DNA of 64,000 nt from Vulcanimicrobiota bacterium (GTDB taxonomy: Bacteria; Vulcanimicrobiota; Xenobia; Xenobiales; JADMJV01): NCBI GenBank assembly GCA_050250895.1, contig JBFWNU010000001.1, positions 2,468,891 to 2,532,890 of the forward strand, read 5' to 3'. The notes under the pieces are model-generated. The model saw only the letters and a program-made list of their open reading frames with translations. It had not been told where the DNA came from and did no database searches. Made by a program: the position numbers and the translations under genes. Shown in pieces: positions 29,332 through 38,762 of this stretch; positions within the stretch are counted from its first letter, which is position 1; each line of letters begins with the position of its first letter.

Positions 29332-30350
29332 GACCAATCGAGTGGCGCGAAGACCACGTAACCCTGATTGACCAGCGGCTCTTGCCGCTCGAAGAGGTGT
29401 GGGTGCGATGCCAGGACTACCGGGAAGTAGCGCGGGCCATCCGCGAGATGTGGATTCGAGGTGCGCCGGCCATCGGCATTGCGGCCGCCTACGGCCTGGC
29501 TTTGACGGCCGTCCATCATGACGGTGACGCGGCTAGCCTCAAGGCGGCCCTGGCCGACGCTTCGCGGGTCCTGGCCGCGACCCGACCGACGGCCGTCAAT
29601 CTGTTCTGGGCCCTGGAAAGGGTCGAGAAGGCGGCTCAGCGCGGCGCCAGTCTCGAGGAGATGCGCCGGCTGGCCGTGGATGAGGCCCGCCAACTCGCCA
29701 GCGAAGACGAGGAGATGTGCCGCAGCATTGGTCGTCACGGAGCCGAGTTGATTCCGCAGGGCGCCCGGGTTTTGACGCATTGCAACGCCGGCGCCCTGGC
29801 CACCGGCGACTATGGGACCGCTCTGGGGGTAATCCGGGCCGCTCGCGACCGGCTCTCGATGGTTTGGGTCGACGAGACCAGACCCTTTCTGCAGGGAGCC
29901 CGCCTCACCGCCTGGGAGCTGGTCAACGAGAAGATCCCATGCAAGTTGATTTGCGACAACATGGCCGGCCATTTCATGAGCCGGGGTCAGGTCGATGCGG
30001 TGGTGGTCGGAGCCGACCGGGTCACCGCCAGCGGCGATGTCGCCAACAAAATCGGTACCTACACGCTGGCCGTCCTCTGCCGCTATCACGACATCCCGTT
30101 CTACGTGGCCGCTCCCTATTCGACCATCGACATGTCGCTGCAGGCTGGGGCTGACATCCCCATCGAAGAGCGGCCGAGCGATGAGGTGACCGACTTTGGC
30201 GCCCGCCGGGTGGCTCCCCTCGAGGTCGAGGTGGCCAATCCCGCCTTCGATGTCACCCCCAGCGAGCTAGTGACGGCCCTCATCACCGAGCGCGGCGTGC
30301 TGAAGGCTCCCTATCGCGAGAGCATCGCTCGCGTGATGGCCAGGGTGTGA
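29328..30350 (+). CDS. mtnA: S-methyl-5-thioribose-1-phosphate isomerase
   Basis: IRGAPAIG, RPTAVNL, THCNAGALAT, DETRPFLQGARLT, NKIGTY. Confidence 0.96.
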   Translation: MRPIEWREDHVTLIDQRLLPLEEVWVRCQDYREVARAIREMWIRGAPAIGIAAAYGLALTAVHHDGDAASLKAALADASRVLAATRPTAVNLFWALERVEKAAQRGASLEEMRRLAVDEARQLASEDEEMCRSIGRHGAELIPQGARVLTHCNAGALATGDYGTALGVIRAARDRLSMVWVDETRPFLQGARLTAWELVNEKIPCKLICDNMAGHFMSRGQVDAVVVGADRVTASGDVANKIGTYTLAVLCRYHDIPFYVAAPYSTIDMSLQAGADIPIEERPSDEVTDFGARRVAPLEVEVANPAFDVTPSELVTALITERGVLKAPYRESIARVMARV

Positions 30351-31372
30351 AGAAGAAGCTCACCGCGGGACAGTTTCTCGAGGCGGCGGGCCCCCCGGCC
30401 TCTGAGGTATTGCTGCTCGAGGCCAGCGACGACTTCCTCGAGGAACAGGTGCTCAACCGCCTGCGGGCCGACCTGCTCGAGCCCGGTTTCGAGGATTTCA
30501 ACTACCAGATGATTCGCTGTTCGCGCACCACCGGGGCGGGCGTTCTGCTGGACGCCCTGGCCGAGTTGCCGGTGATGACCGAACGACGCCTGCTGGTCTT
30601 GCGCGAAGTGGATTTGCTGGCCGAGTCGACCTCGCAAGCGCTGGCCCTGGGGCTGGGCGAGGGGCGGGCCCAGGGCCTCGTGGCGGTGCTGACCTTCGCG
30701 CCCTCGCGTAAAAAGAGCAAGCCTGCGGCCTTGGACGCGGCCGCCAAATTGGGTCCGGTCATCAGTTGCTCGATGCCCGCCGAGGAGGCCCTCCACTGGG
30801 CCCGCGACCAGCTGAACGCGCTCGGCGTCAGCTCGGCCGGCGGCGCCCTCGAAGAGCTGATGGCCCGAGTGGGCGAGAACCTGCGGTCGGTTCGCTCTCA
30901 CCTGGAGCGCCTCGCCATGTTGGTGGGCAAGGGCGGAAAGATCACCAAGAAGCAGGTGCAAGAACTGGTTCCGTTTTCGTCCACGGTGCAGATGTGGAAG
31001 CTCACGGCTGCTATCGGAGGACGCAAACTGGGTGAGGCGGTGACCATTCTCGACGCCCAACTCGACCGCGGCGAGAATGCCGGCAGCATCCTGGGCTATC
31101 TCAACAGCTATCTGGTTTCGTTGGTCCAGACGGGTGGTCTCTTCAAGCGCCTGGGCTCGGCGGCGGCGGTGTCCAAGGCCATGCCCAACAAGAAAGAGTT
31201 TCAGATCAAAAAGACCTTGCAGGAACTCAAGACCTGGGGAGGGCGCGATCTCGAGCAAGCCTTCGAGATGATGGCCCGGGCCGACCAGCGCCTAAAGACC
31301 GGTAGCGAAGCCAGGCTGGTCTTACAGCTGCTGCTATTTCAGCTGTGCAATCGTCGCCCGGCTAAGGGATGA
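30347..31372 (+). CDS. holA: DNA polymerase III subunit delta
   Basis: DFNY..ELPVMTERRLLVL, GENLRSVRSHLERL, ADQRLKTG. Confidence 0.85.
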   Translation: MKKKLTAGQFLEAAGPPASEVLLLEASDDFLEEQVLNRLRADLLEPGFEDFNYQMIRCSRTTGAGVLLDALAELPVMTERRLLVLREVDLLAESTSQALALGLGEGRAQGLVAVLTFAPSRKKSKPAALDAAAKLGPVISCSMPAEEALHWARDQLNALGVSSAGGALEELMARVGENLRSVRSHLERLAMLVGKGGKITKKQVQELVPFSSTVQMWKLTAAIGGRKLGEAVTILDAQLDRGENAGSILGYLNSYLVSLVQTGGLFKRLGSAAAVSKAMPNKKEFQIKKTLQELKTWGGRDLEQAFEMMARADQRLKTGSEARLVLQLLLFQLCNRRPAKG

Positions 31373-32261
31373 GCACCAGATTGCCGCAAGCCCCTGGCTC
31401 GAGCACTTGACGGTGGGCCTGGGCGGCTTCAACGAGCGGCAAGGCCTCACGCACGATCGGTTTGAGCACCCCGCTGGCCAGGCCCGCCTGTAACCCGGCG
31501 TGGATCCGGCGGTGTTCCTCGGGGGTGGCGTTGAACAGGGCCATCCCCCGGATGGTGAGTTCCTTGCCCATGGTCTTGCGCGGGTCGATCTCGACGCGGC
31601 CACGATTGCCCACCACCACCACCGTGCCCCCCGACGCCAGTTCGTCGAGATCGCGGTCGAGGTTGCGATTGGCCAGCATTTCGAGGATCAGCTCGTAGGG
31701 GCCGTCGGTCTGAGCGTGCTCCACGGCCGTCTCGGCGCCCTGGGCCAGCAAGAGAGCTCGACCTGCCTCGCTGCTGGCGGTGGCGGTAACGCGCAGACCG
31801 CGGGCCACGGCCAGCTGAATCGCGGCCAGGCCCACCGCCCCGCTGCCCCCACGCACCAGCAGGCGCTGGCCCGGCTGGGCCTGACCGCGATGAAACAAGG
31901 CTTGATAGGCGGTGGCGTAGGGCACTCCCAAGGTGGCTCCCTGTTCGAAGCTGACCCCCGCGGGCAAGGGATGAACCTGGTCAGGGCTGCACAGGCAGTA
32001 GTCGGCATAGGTCCCGGTCAAACTGCCCGAGAGGTAGACACGCCTTCCGTCCGGCAAAGTCCCGGCTCCGTCCTTGCCAGGCACATAGGGCAGCTCGGGC
32101 AGCCCCGCATAGGCACCGGCCCGAATGTAGGTGTCGACAGGGTTGACGCCGGCCGCGGCCACTTTCACCAGCACTTGCTCGCCCTGGGCCTGAGGGGTCG
32201 GTGTCTCTTCATAAGCGAGAACATCCGGGTCTCCGAAAATGTGAACTCGAATTGCGTGCAT
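31362..32261 (-). CDS. qor: NADPH:quinone reductase (zeta-crystallin/MDR)
   Basis: AAGVNPVDTYIRAG, PYATAYQAL, GGSGAVGLAA. Confidence 0.9.
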   Translation of the reverse strand: MHAIRVHIFGDPDVLAYEETPTPQAQGEQVLVKVAAAGVNPVDTYIRAGAYAGLPELPYVPGKDGAGTLPDGRRVYLSGSLTGTYADYCLCSPDQVHPLPAGVSFEQGATLGVPYATAYQALFHRGQAQPGQRLLVRGGSGAVGLAAIQLAVARGLRVTATASSEAGRALLLAQGAETAVEHAQTDGPYELILEMLANRNLDRDLDELASGGTVVVVGNRGRVEIDPRKTMGKELTIRGMALFNATPEEHRRIHAGLQAGLASGVLKPIVREALPLVEAAQAHRQVLEPGACGNLVLIP

Positions 32262-32323
32262 CCAGGTCCCTTCGCGAGTCGCCGACCCTCTCCCCGCCCC
32301 CGAGAGCCTTCTGGTATATGCCC

Positions 32324-32412
32324 TGTCAGCTTTTTTTGAGGCTCCTTTCAGGCTTTTTTCAGAAAACGAATCCGTCAATAACTTGGAAACATAGTTTCAG
32401 GTGTTTTTCAGG
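32324..32412. promoter_or_regulatory. Six TTTCAGG-like direct repeats in 11-bp phase between divergent qor and carD-like genes
   Basis: Copies at 32324, 32335, 32346, 32357 and 32395, 32406. Confidence 0.6.
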
Positions 32413-32464
32413 TATTCTGTCGATGGAAGCAAACACAAGCAGCAAACAGAAGGAGTAACGTCAA

Positions 32465-32956
32465 ATGTTTCAAGTCGGTATGAAAGTCGTCCATTCTCTC
32501 CACGGTCTCGGCCTCGTCGAGGCTCTCGAGGAGAAAACCATTCTCGGGTCGGTTACCCGGATGGCCTCTCTCTCGTTCCAGGATGGTCGCCTCCAGATGA
32601 TGGTGAACGTCAGCTCCTCGAACTCGCTCATTCGTCCCGTCATCGACTGCCGCGAAGTAGAAGCCGTGATGGACACTCTGCGCCGCAACCGCACCGACAT
32701 TCCTCGTCGGGCCAACGAGCGCTACCCCATCAACCTGGCCAAGATCAAGTCCGGCAACATCCACCAACTGGGCGAAGTGGTCAAAGAACTGACCATCGTC
32801 AAGAAAATCACCCCCAAAGAGCACACCATGCTCAAGCAGGCCCGCCGCATTCTCTCTGACGAGCTCGCCTGCGTCACTGGTTGCGATGGCGACGAGATGG
32901 AAAAGATCGTCGACCACACCTGCCGCGTCAACGCCGGGGAACTGGTTCTGGTCTAA
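32465..32956 (+). CDS. CarD family transcriptional regulator
   Basis: MFQVGMKVVHSLHGLGLVEALEEK; RY..NLAKIKSGNI..V; ARRILSDELA. Confidence 0.88.
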   Translation: MFQVGMKVVHSLHGLGLVEALEEKTILGSVTRMASLSFQDGRLQMMVNVSSSNSLIRPVIDCREVEAVMDTLRRNRTDIPRRANERYPINLAKIKSGNIHQLGEVVKELTIVKKITPKEHTMLKQARRILSDELACVTGCDGDEMEKIVDHTCRVNAGELVLV

Positions 32957-32985
32957 GATTTCAAGCCATAAACCGACTGAAGAGG

Positions 32986-33009
32986 GCCGCCCACCGGGCG
33001 GCTTTTTTT
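32986..33009 (+). terminator. Intrinsic terminator
   Basis: GCCGCCC-ACC-GGGCGGC-T7. Confidence 0.85.
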
Positions 33010-33331
33010 GGTTTCCTGGCCGGTCAGGCGATCTTCGCCAGCGTCGTTGTCCGGCCGGGGTGGACCCTGGCGAGGCGAGTTTGGCCGGGTCGGGGAAGCA
33101 GACAACTACCCCGGGTCGTTGTCTGGGCGGTATTGGCCTGGCGAGGTCGACGTTCCCACCACGATTTCTCGCCGTGAATTCCCGGGGCCACCCTCGACTA
33201 CCGTCTACCGTCTGAAACTCCGTCTGAAAACTACCGTCTGGTCGCCCGACAACAGGTCGCCAGGCGGGTCCAAGCGGGCCAGGGTATCCTGATCGCACGA
33301 CAAAGAATACCTTATCTTTGGGAGGTGTAGG

Positions 33332-34045
33332 GTGAAACGTTTTCTCGCGATATTATCGATGTGTTGTGTGTTGCTCTGTCCGTCAGTTCGAGCGGACGAG
33401 GCGATGGCCGGGGCCGACCAGCCGACCGAGCAGGCCAGTGAGCAAGACCGGGCCCGGGCTCGTGAGGTGCAGGAGGCATCGCTGGCAGCCGAACTGGCTC
33501 ACTATGGAATAGAGGCCGAGTCGGCCGAAGCTTTGATCATGGCCGCCAAAATGATGGCCACCCACCGGGCCAAGGCGCCCGAGGGGAAGTCGGTTCAGGC
33601 CGAGGGGCTCAAAGGCGGAGATGAAAAGGCGGCCAACTCCAATGAAATGACGCCGCTCACGCTCTTGGCCAAAGCCCGCGAACTGGCCTCCGACAACGCC
33701 ACTTTGATGCAGTGGGCCGACGAGGTCGAGAATATGGCTCGCAAATCGTCGCGCAGCCCGGCCCGGGGGCTACTTCAGGGCTATTACGAACTGTTGCCCA
33801 AGTATCGCCACACCATGACCGAGCAGTTTCTCGGTGGCCAGCGCGCCTATGTGCAGGTTCAGGGTGAACCCGGGGCGGCGCTCGACATCTACGTCTTCGA
33901 CGCCAACGGCAACCCGGTGATCTCGTCGGTAGGCCATACCACTTCGGCCTGGGTTTATTGGACTCCGAACTACAACGCCTATTACCAGGTGGTCGTCTAT
34001 AACCGCGGCGGCTGGCCGGTCAACTTCTCGGTCACCATGCAGTAA
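33332..34045 (+). CDS. Secreted protein with C-terminal PPC-like beta domain
   Basis: SD GGAGGT, signal peptide, ALDIYVFDANGNPV..YQVVVYN. Confidence 0.7.
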   Translation: MKRFLAILSMCCVLLCPSVRADEAMAGADQPTEQASEQDRARAREVQEASLAAELAHYGIEAESAEALIMAAKMMATHRAKAPEGKSVQAEGLKGGDEKAANSNEMTPLTLLAKARELASDNATLMQWADEVENMARKSSRSPARGLLQGYYELLPKYRHTMTEQFLGGQRAYVQVQGEPGAALDIYVFDANGNPVISSVGHTTSAWVYWTPNYNAYYQVVVYNRGGWPVNFSVTMQ

Positions 34046-34046
34046 T

Positions 34047-34958
34047 CTAGTCGATCGAGAAATTGATTTTCTGGGCCGCCTGCCGGTCGACGAACAGTTC
34101 GACCGAATAGCGTCCCGGATGGTAGCCGCCGGTGGGCGGGGCGAAGGTGAACAAGCAGTCCTCCTTCGCTCCGCTCGAGTCGACGGTAACGGTACTGACC
34201 ACCTCTTCGGGTTCGAAGTCGGTCACTTTGTCGGCGCGCCACACGGCCCGCACGGGAGTCCCCTCCCGCACGCCCGAGGTGCCTACCACCAGATGGATCG
34301 TTTTGGTGTCGGCGGAGAAGCTGCTTTGCTGCTTTTGGCCCTGCAGGTCCGTGGTCAACCGGGCATAGTCGAGGGGATTTTCGCTGCTGGAGTGACCCAC
34401 GATGGTGAAGGTGGTGGCGCCCAGAACCTCGCCAGCCACCTCGACATGGACGGTGTACTCTCCGTCGAACCAGCCGTTCTTCGGCCGTCGCACCGAAAAG
34501 GTCGGGTTCTCTTCAGAGGTCGAGGCTGAATCCAGCATCTTGGCCTTGGGGTTGGCGGTAGGGAACCAGGTCGTGCGCAACACCTGGCCGGGCTCGACGT
34601 GGTGGGTCTGGACGGTCAGAAAGATCTCTTCGGTGTCGGCACCGAAATAGTCTTTGGTCTCCTGTCTGTCTTCGCTGTCGGAGAGGGCCACCAGATCTAC
34701 CGAGGCATCTTTGGCTAGCTTTGACTTGGGCTTGGGCTGGTCTTTGCCGCGGGCGAAAGGGTTGACCGCCACGGGCCGGCCCACCGGTGGCTTGAAGGGA
34801 GTGGGCTCGACCGCCACGGTTTCTTCGGGGGTGGGGGTGGCCGGCTCGGGGGGCGGGGTCGTCTCGACCACCGTGGGGGTGGAGGATAGCTCGACTCTGG
34901 GCTGTTCCTGGCAGCCCACCGCAAGAAGAACGCAAAGACAAACCGCAATCCAACGCAT
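34047..34958 (-). CDS. Lipoprotein with two repeated Ig-like domains
   Basis: Lipobox AVGC; duplicated F.ADT..I.L...W...P..G...G.Y.V. Confidence 0.75.
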   Translation of the reverse strand: MRWIAVCLCVLLAVGCQEQPRVELSSTPTVVETTPPPEPATPTPEETVAVEPTPFKPPVGRPVAVNPFARGKDQPKPKSKLAKDASVDLVALSDSEDRQETKDYFGADTEEIFLTVQTHHVEPGQVLRTTWFPTANPKAKMLDSASTSEENPTFSVRRPKNGWFDGEYTVHVEVAGEVLGATTFTIVGHSSSENPLDYARLTTDLQGQKQQSSFSADTKTIHLVVGTSGVREGTPVRAVWRADKVTDFEPEEVVSTVTVDSSGAKEDCLFTFAPPTGGYHPGRYSVELFVDRQAAQKINFSID

Positions 34959-35053
34959 CCTGCTTGGTTCGGTCCGGGCCGTGAGCAACCCTGGCGCCTG
35001 GAAATGAACTCTCGCCCTGGGCGGCGAAAGCCAGTCAAAACTTTCTCAAGGAG

Positions 35054-35782
35054 ATGCCTTTGTCTCGAAGCTCCCGCGCCTCCCTCGACCGTCAGACCAT
35101 CGCCGGCTTGCTAGAGAAGGTGCCGCTCTTCGGCGCCCTCGAACCGGGCGATCGCGAACGACTGGCCGAACTGCTCCACTCCCGGCGCTTCGCCACGGGC
35201 CAGCCTATTTTTCTTCAAGACGACCCCGGCGAAGAGATGTACCTGGTGGTCGAGGGCAAGATTCGCATCAGCTTCGAGTCGATGGGCGGGCGTGAAGTGA
35301 CTCTGGCCATTCTGGGTGAAGGCAGCTTCTTTGGTGACATGGCTTTGCTGGACGGGCATCCTCGTTCGGCCTCGGCCTATGCCGAGACTTCTTGCCTGGC
35401 CCTGGTGCTGCGCAGGGTCGACTTTCACAACTTCCTCGAAGGCTCGCCGGCCGCGGCTCGCAGCCTGTTGGCTTTTTTGTCGATGCGGCTGCGCAAGTCC
35501 AATGACAAGATTCAGGACCTGGCTCTGCTGACGGTGCGCCAGCGCCTGGCTGCGGTGTTGCTCGATCTGGCCGTCAAAGACAGCGAGGTCTTGCCCGAGG
35601 GCGGGGTGTTGTTGGCCAAGACGGTCAATCACCGCGTGCTGGCCGGGCTGCTCGGGACCAGCCGCGAGACGGTCAGTCGCATGGCCGCCGAATTGCGCGA
35701 GCAGGGGCTGGTCGAGCAACGGGGCCGGCGGATCCGGGTCATCGACCTCGACCAGTTGCGGCAGGTAGTGGAAGAGGCCTAA
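35054..35782 (+). CDS. Crp/Fnr family transcriptional regulator
   Basis: FFGDMALLDGHPRSASA cNMP site; LAGLLGTSRETVSR HTH. Confidence 0.95.
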   Translation: MPLSRSSRASLDRQTIAGLLEKVPLFGALEPGDRERLAELLHSRRFATGQPIFLQDDPGEEMYLVVEGKIRISFESMGGREVTLAILGEGSFFGDMALLDGHPRSASAYAETSCLALVLRRVDFHNFLEGSPAAARSLLAFLSMRLRKSNDKIQDLALLTVRQRLAAVLLDLAVKDSEVLPEGGVLLAKTVNHRVLAGLLGTSRETVSRMAAELREQGLVEQRGRRIRVIDLDQLRQVVEEA

Positions 35783-36966
35783 TTTAGCCAGGCGAGGGCG
35801 GCTTTGAGCGGGTCTGAACCGGCCTGGTCAGGGTCCAGGCCGCGCCCGTGGATGTCGCGTCCCTGCAGGTCGAGATAGCGGCCGGTCGACAGGTTGAGAG
35901 CTCCCCCGCCGGCTAGCGAGTACATCGTCTGAATGCGGGCTTTGCCGAAAGAGCGCTCGCCGAACAGGCGCCGGCCGGGGCGTCCCTGCAAGGCCAGGGC
36001 TACGATCTCGGCGGCGCTGGCCGTGCCCCGGTTGATCAGCACGGCCACCGGGTCGGGATAGAAGGCCTGGCCGGGAGCGCTCAACTGGCTCGCCCCCCCC
36101 ACCCGCTCCACCCGCAAGAAGGGGCCGCTCACGAAGAGGGCGGCGGTTTTGGTGCCTTGCTCGAAGTCGCCGCCCGGGTTGTCGCGCAGGTCCAGGATAA
36201 TGGCCCGGGCCTGACGAGCCTGCAGTTGCTTGAGGGCCCCGTGCACGCGAGCCGCCGTCTGGGGACCGAAATAGCCGATACGCACCAGTCCCACGCCGGG
36301 GGCGGCCAGGCGATAGGTGACTTCGGGCAGTTGCAGTTGGCGGCGGGTGATGGTGATCTCTTTGGCCTGACCGTTGCGCTCGATGGAGAGACGGACTTTC
36401 GACCCGGCCTGACCCAGCAGCAGGTTGCCGGCATCGTAAAAACTCAGAGGGGCGACCGACTTGCCATCGACGGCGAGAATGCGGTCCGAAGGCTCGAGGC
36501 CGCTTTCGGCCGCCGGCGAACCTTCCAGGCAACTAACCACCAACACCCCGTCCCGAAAAGCCAGCTCGACGCCGATGCCGGTAAAAGATCCGGTCTTGCG
36601 CACCTGATCTTCGAACTGTCGCTGGGCTGGAGTCAGCAGGGTCGAGTAGGGGTCTCGCAGGCTGTCGACCATTCCTCGCATGGCCGCTTCGGCCAGGGCG
36701 GCGCTCCGTTGCAGGTCGCCGGTGACGAGGCGCGCTTCCAGCTGTTCCCAACTTTGAGGCTTCCCGGCTCCGGGTAGAAGGGGTTGCATCCTGCGCCAGG
36801 CGGCCTCCAGCAGAGCGGCCCGAGAAGGACGAGCCAGGGCTGATTGGCTCAGGAGTTCGGCAACCTGGCGCGCGCCGGCCACCACCATGGCCTCGCGGGG
36901 GTCGACCTCGGCTCGGGTCAGGACGGGGGCGAACACCAACAGCCAGATGAGAAGCAGCCTTTTCAC
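35779..36966 (-). CDS. S41A C-terminal processing protease with PDZ domain
   Basis: DPYS, GIGV, DLRDNPGG, TASAAEI, SFGKA; GTG start 6 nt after TATAAT. Confidence 0.92.
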   Translation of the reverse strand: MKRLLLIWLLVFAPVLTRAEVDPREAMVVAGARQVAELLSQSALARPSRAALLEAAWRRMQPLLPGAGKPQSWEQLEARLVTGDLQRSAALAEAAMRGMVDSLRDPYSTLLTPAQRQFEDQVRKTGSFTGIGVELAFRDGVLVVSCLEGSPAAESGLEPSDRILAVDGKSVAPLSFYDAGNLLLGQAGSKVRLSIERNGQAKEITITRRQLQLPEVTYRLAAPGVGLVRIGYFGPQTAARVHGALKQLQARQARAIILDLRDNPGGDFEQGTKTAALFVSGPFLRVERVGGASQLSAPGQAFYPDPVAVLINRGTASAAEIVALALQGRPGRRLFGERSFGKARIQTMYSLAGGGALNLSTGRYLDLQGRDIHGRGLDPDQAGSDPLKAALAWLN

Positions 36967-37048
36967 CGGGCCATTATAAAGGCTCACGTGCTTCCCGTCG
37001 AGCGACGGTGGGCAGGAAGCCAGCCGGCCCTTCCAAAACCCTTGAGCG

Positions 37049-38071
37049 GTGAAATCAAAGATTTCCACCCTCTTGCGCGGAGTGGTGGGTGTGCTGATCG
37101 CCGCCTATCTGATTCACCTGGTGGTGGCCCGCGGCCAGGTCGATCTGCTGGCAGAGGTCAAGCAGGCCAACCTCGGGCTACTGGTGTTGGCCTTCTCGCT
37201 GTTTGGTCTGGGGACCCTGATCGGCACCTACCGCTGGCAACTGCTGCTGCGGGTCATCGGCAAAGAGTTGAACCTGGCCACGCTGTTTCGACTGAACATG
37301 ATCGCCTCGTTTTTTGCCCTGGCCATTCCGGGCGGCGTGGGTGGCGACATTACCAAGATCTATTATCTGAGCCGGGAAGAGGACAAGGCCACCGAAGCCA
37401 TCATGACCATCGTCCTGGACCGTTTGATGGGGTTGCTTGGTCTGCTCACCGTCGCCACCATCTCGGTCTGGTCGGCCGGTGACCTGCTGGCTTCGGGCCC
37501 GTCCCAGTTACGGCTGGCCGCCGGAGTGGTGGCCACGGCCGGAGTCGGGGGCCTGCTTTTCGTGGCGACCTTCTATCTCGGCCCTTTGCTGGTCCGCATC
37601 GACCTGTTCAAACGGGCCGGCCAGGATGTCTTGCAACGCCTGCCCGAGTCCATCTCCAAACGGAGCGAGGCGGTGCTGTCGGCTCTCGAGCTGTGTCGCA
37701 CTCGGCCGGCGGTCATGCTGGCCGGGTTGTTGCTGTCGACGGTGCTCCACTCCACCATCGCCACGGGCGTCTACACCATCGGGGTGGCCAGCCACACCGA
37801 GGGCCCTCGCGTTCAGGATTACTTCCTGGCCACCATGGTGGCCAACACGGTGGCTTGTATTCCCCTGACACCCGGCGGCCTGGGCGGCCGCGACCTGGTT
37901 TTGAGCCTGTTTCTCGAGGCGGCCGGCGCCGGGAAGGCCAAAGCCGGCTTCGTGCCGGTGGTGGTCAGCCTGATCTTCATTGGCTGGGGTCTGGTCGGGT
38001 GCGGCTGCTTTATCTTCGAACGCCGCGTCAATCCCGCCGCCATGGGGCTCGTGACCGAGCCGGAGTCTTAA
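37049..38071 (+). CDS. Lysylphosphatidylglycerol synthase TM / flippase-like protein
   Basis: RWQLLL, PGGVGGD, LDRLMG, IPLTPGGLGGRD. Confidence 0.88.
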   Translation: MKSKISTLLRGVVGVLIAAYLIHLVVARGQVDLLAEVKQANLGLLVLAFSLFGLGTLIGTYRWQLLLRVIGKELNLATLFRLNMIASFFALAIPGGVGGDITKIYYLSREEDKATEAIMTIVLDRLMGLLGLLTVATISVWSAGDLLASGPSQLRLAAGVVATAGVGGLLFVATFYLGPLLVRIDLFKRAGQDVLQRLPESISKRSEAVLSALELCRTRPAVMLAGLLLSTVLHSTIATGVYTIGVASHTEGPRVQDYFLATMVANTVACIPLTPGGLGGRDLVLSLFLEAAGAGKAKAGFVPVVVSLIFIGWGLVGCGCFIFERRVNPAAMGLVTEPES

Positions 38072-38688
38072 GGGCCGGAATACTTGCCCAGCGCCAGCTT
38101 GCCCAGGCCACCCACTTCGAGGCGGTAGGCATGGTCGCCGATGCGCCCCAGCGTGACCACCCCGGGCAGACTGCTGTCGGGCAGCAGAATCTCGCCATTA
38201 GCGTCGAAGGCAAAGCTCGCCACCGGCGTGAAATCGTTGGGGGACGAGCCCAGCCCTAATTCGGCTACCAGTCCGGTGAGGTTGGGGACGGCGTCCATGT
38301 CGAACAGGGCGATGTTCTCGAGGCGAACCTCGTCGAGGGTGGCCATGGGGCCCAGCTCCGAAAAGCTGACCAGAGTCGGAACGGCCCCGATGGTCTGGCG
38401 GGTGCGCACGCGCAGGGCCAGATTTTGTTCGCTGGCGCCCGAGGCCACCGAGGTGGCGGCCGGAAATCCGCCGGCGGCCCGAAACGCATCGTCGATGGGA
38501 ACGCCGAAGCCCTTGGCCTTGCCCTGGGCTTGCTGCAGCTCTCCATGAAGGCGGTCGGCGGCGGTGTTGATGGCATTGTTGGACCGCATATAGGCCAGGT
38601 AAGGAATGCCAATGGCAAACAGGATGGCCAGCAGGGCGATGACGCCCAAAAGTTCCAACAGGCTAAAGCCCCGTTTTTCACGCTGCAT
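38068..38688 (-). CDS. Type IV prepilin-like protein (FimT/GspH-like)
   Basis: KRG|FSLLE class III signal. Confidence 0.85.
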   Translation of the reverse strand: MQREKRGFSLLELLGVIALLAILFAIGIPYLAYMRSNNAINTAADRLHGELQQAQGKAKGFGVPIDDAFRAAGGFPAATSVASGASEQNLALRVRTRQTIGAVPTLVSFSELGPMATLDEVRLENIALFDMDAVPNLTGLVAELGLGSSPNDFTPVASFAFDANGEILLPDSSLPGVVTLGRIGDHAYRLEVGGLGKLALGKYSGP

Positions 38689-38762
38689 GGTGAGTCTCTT
38701 CTCTTTGGCCGGTCCGGTTGCCTGTTGAAGGGTCAGAGGTGGACGGCCCCTAAGCTAGCCCC

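Noticed and set aside
33205-33230. Neisseria-type DNA uptake sequence (GCCGTCTGAA)
   Set aside because: Copies differ at the first base, and I did not notice the motif dispersed through the window
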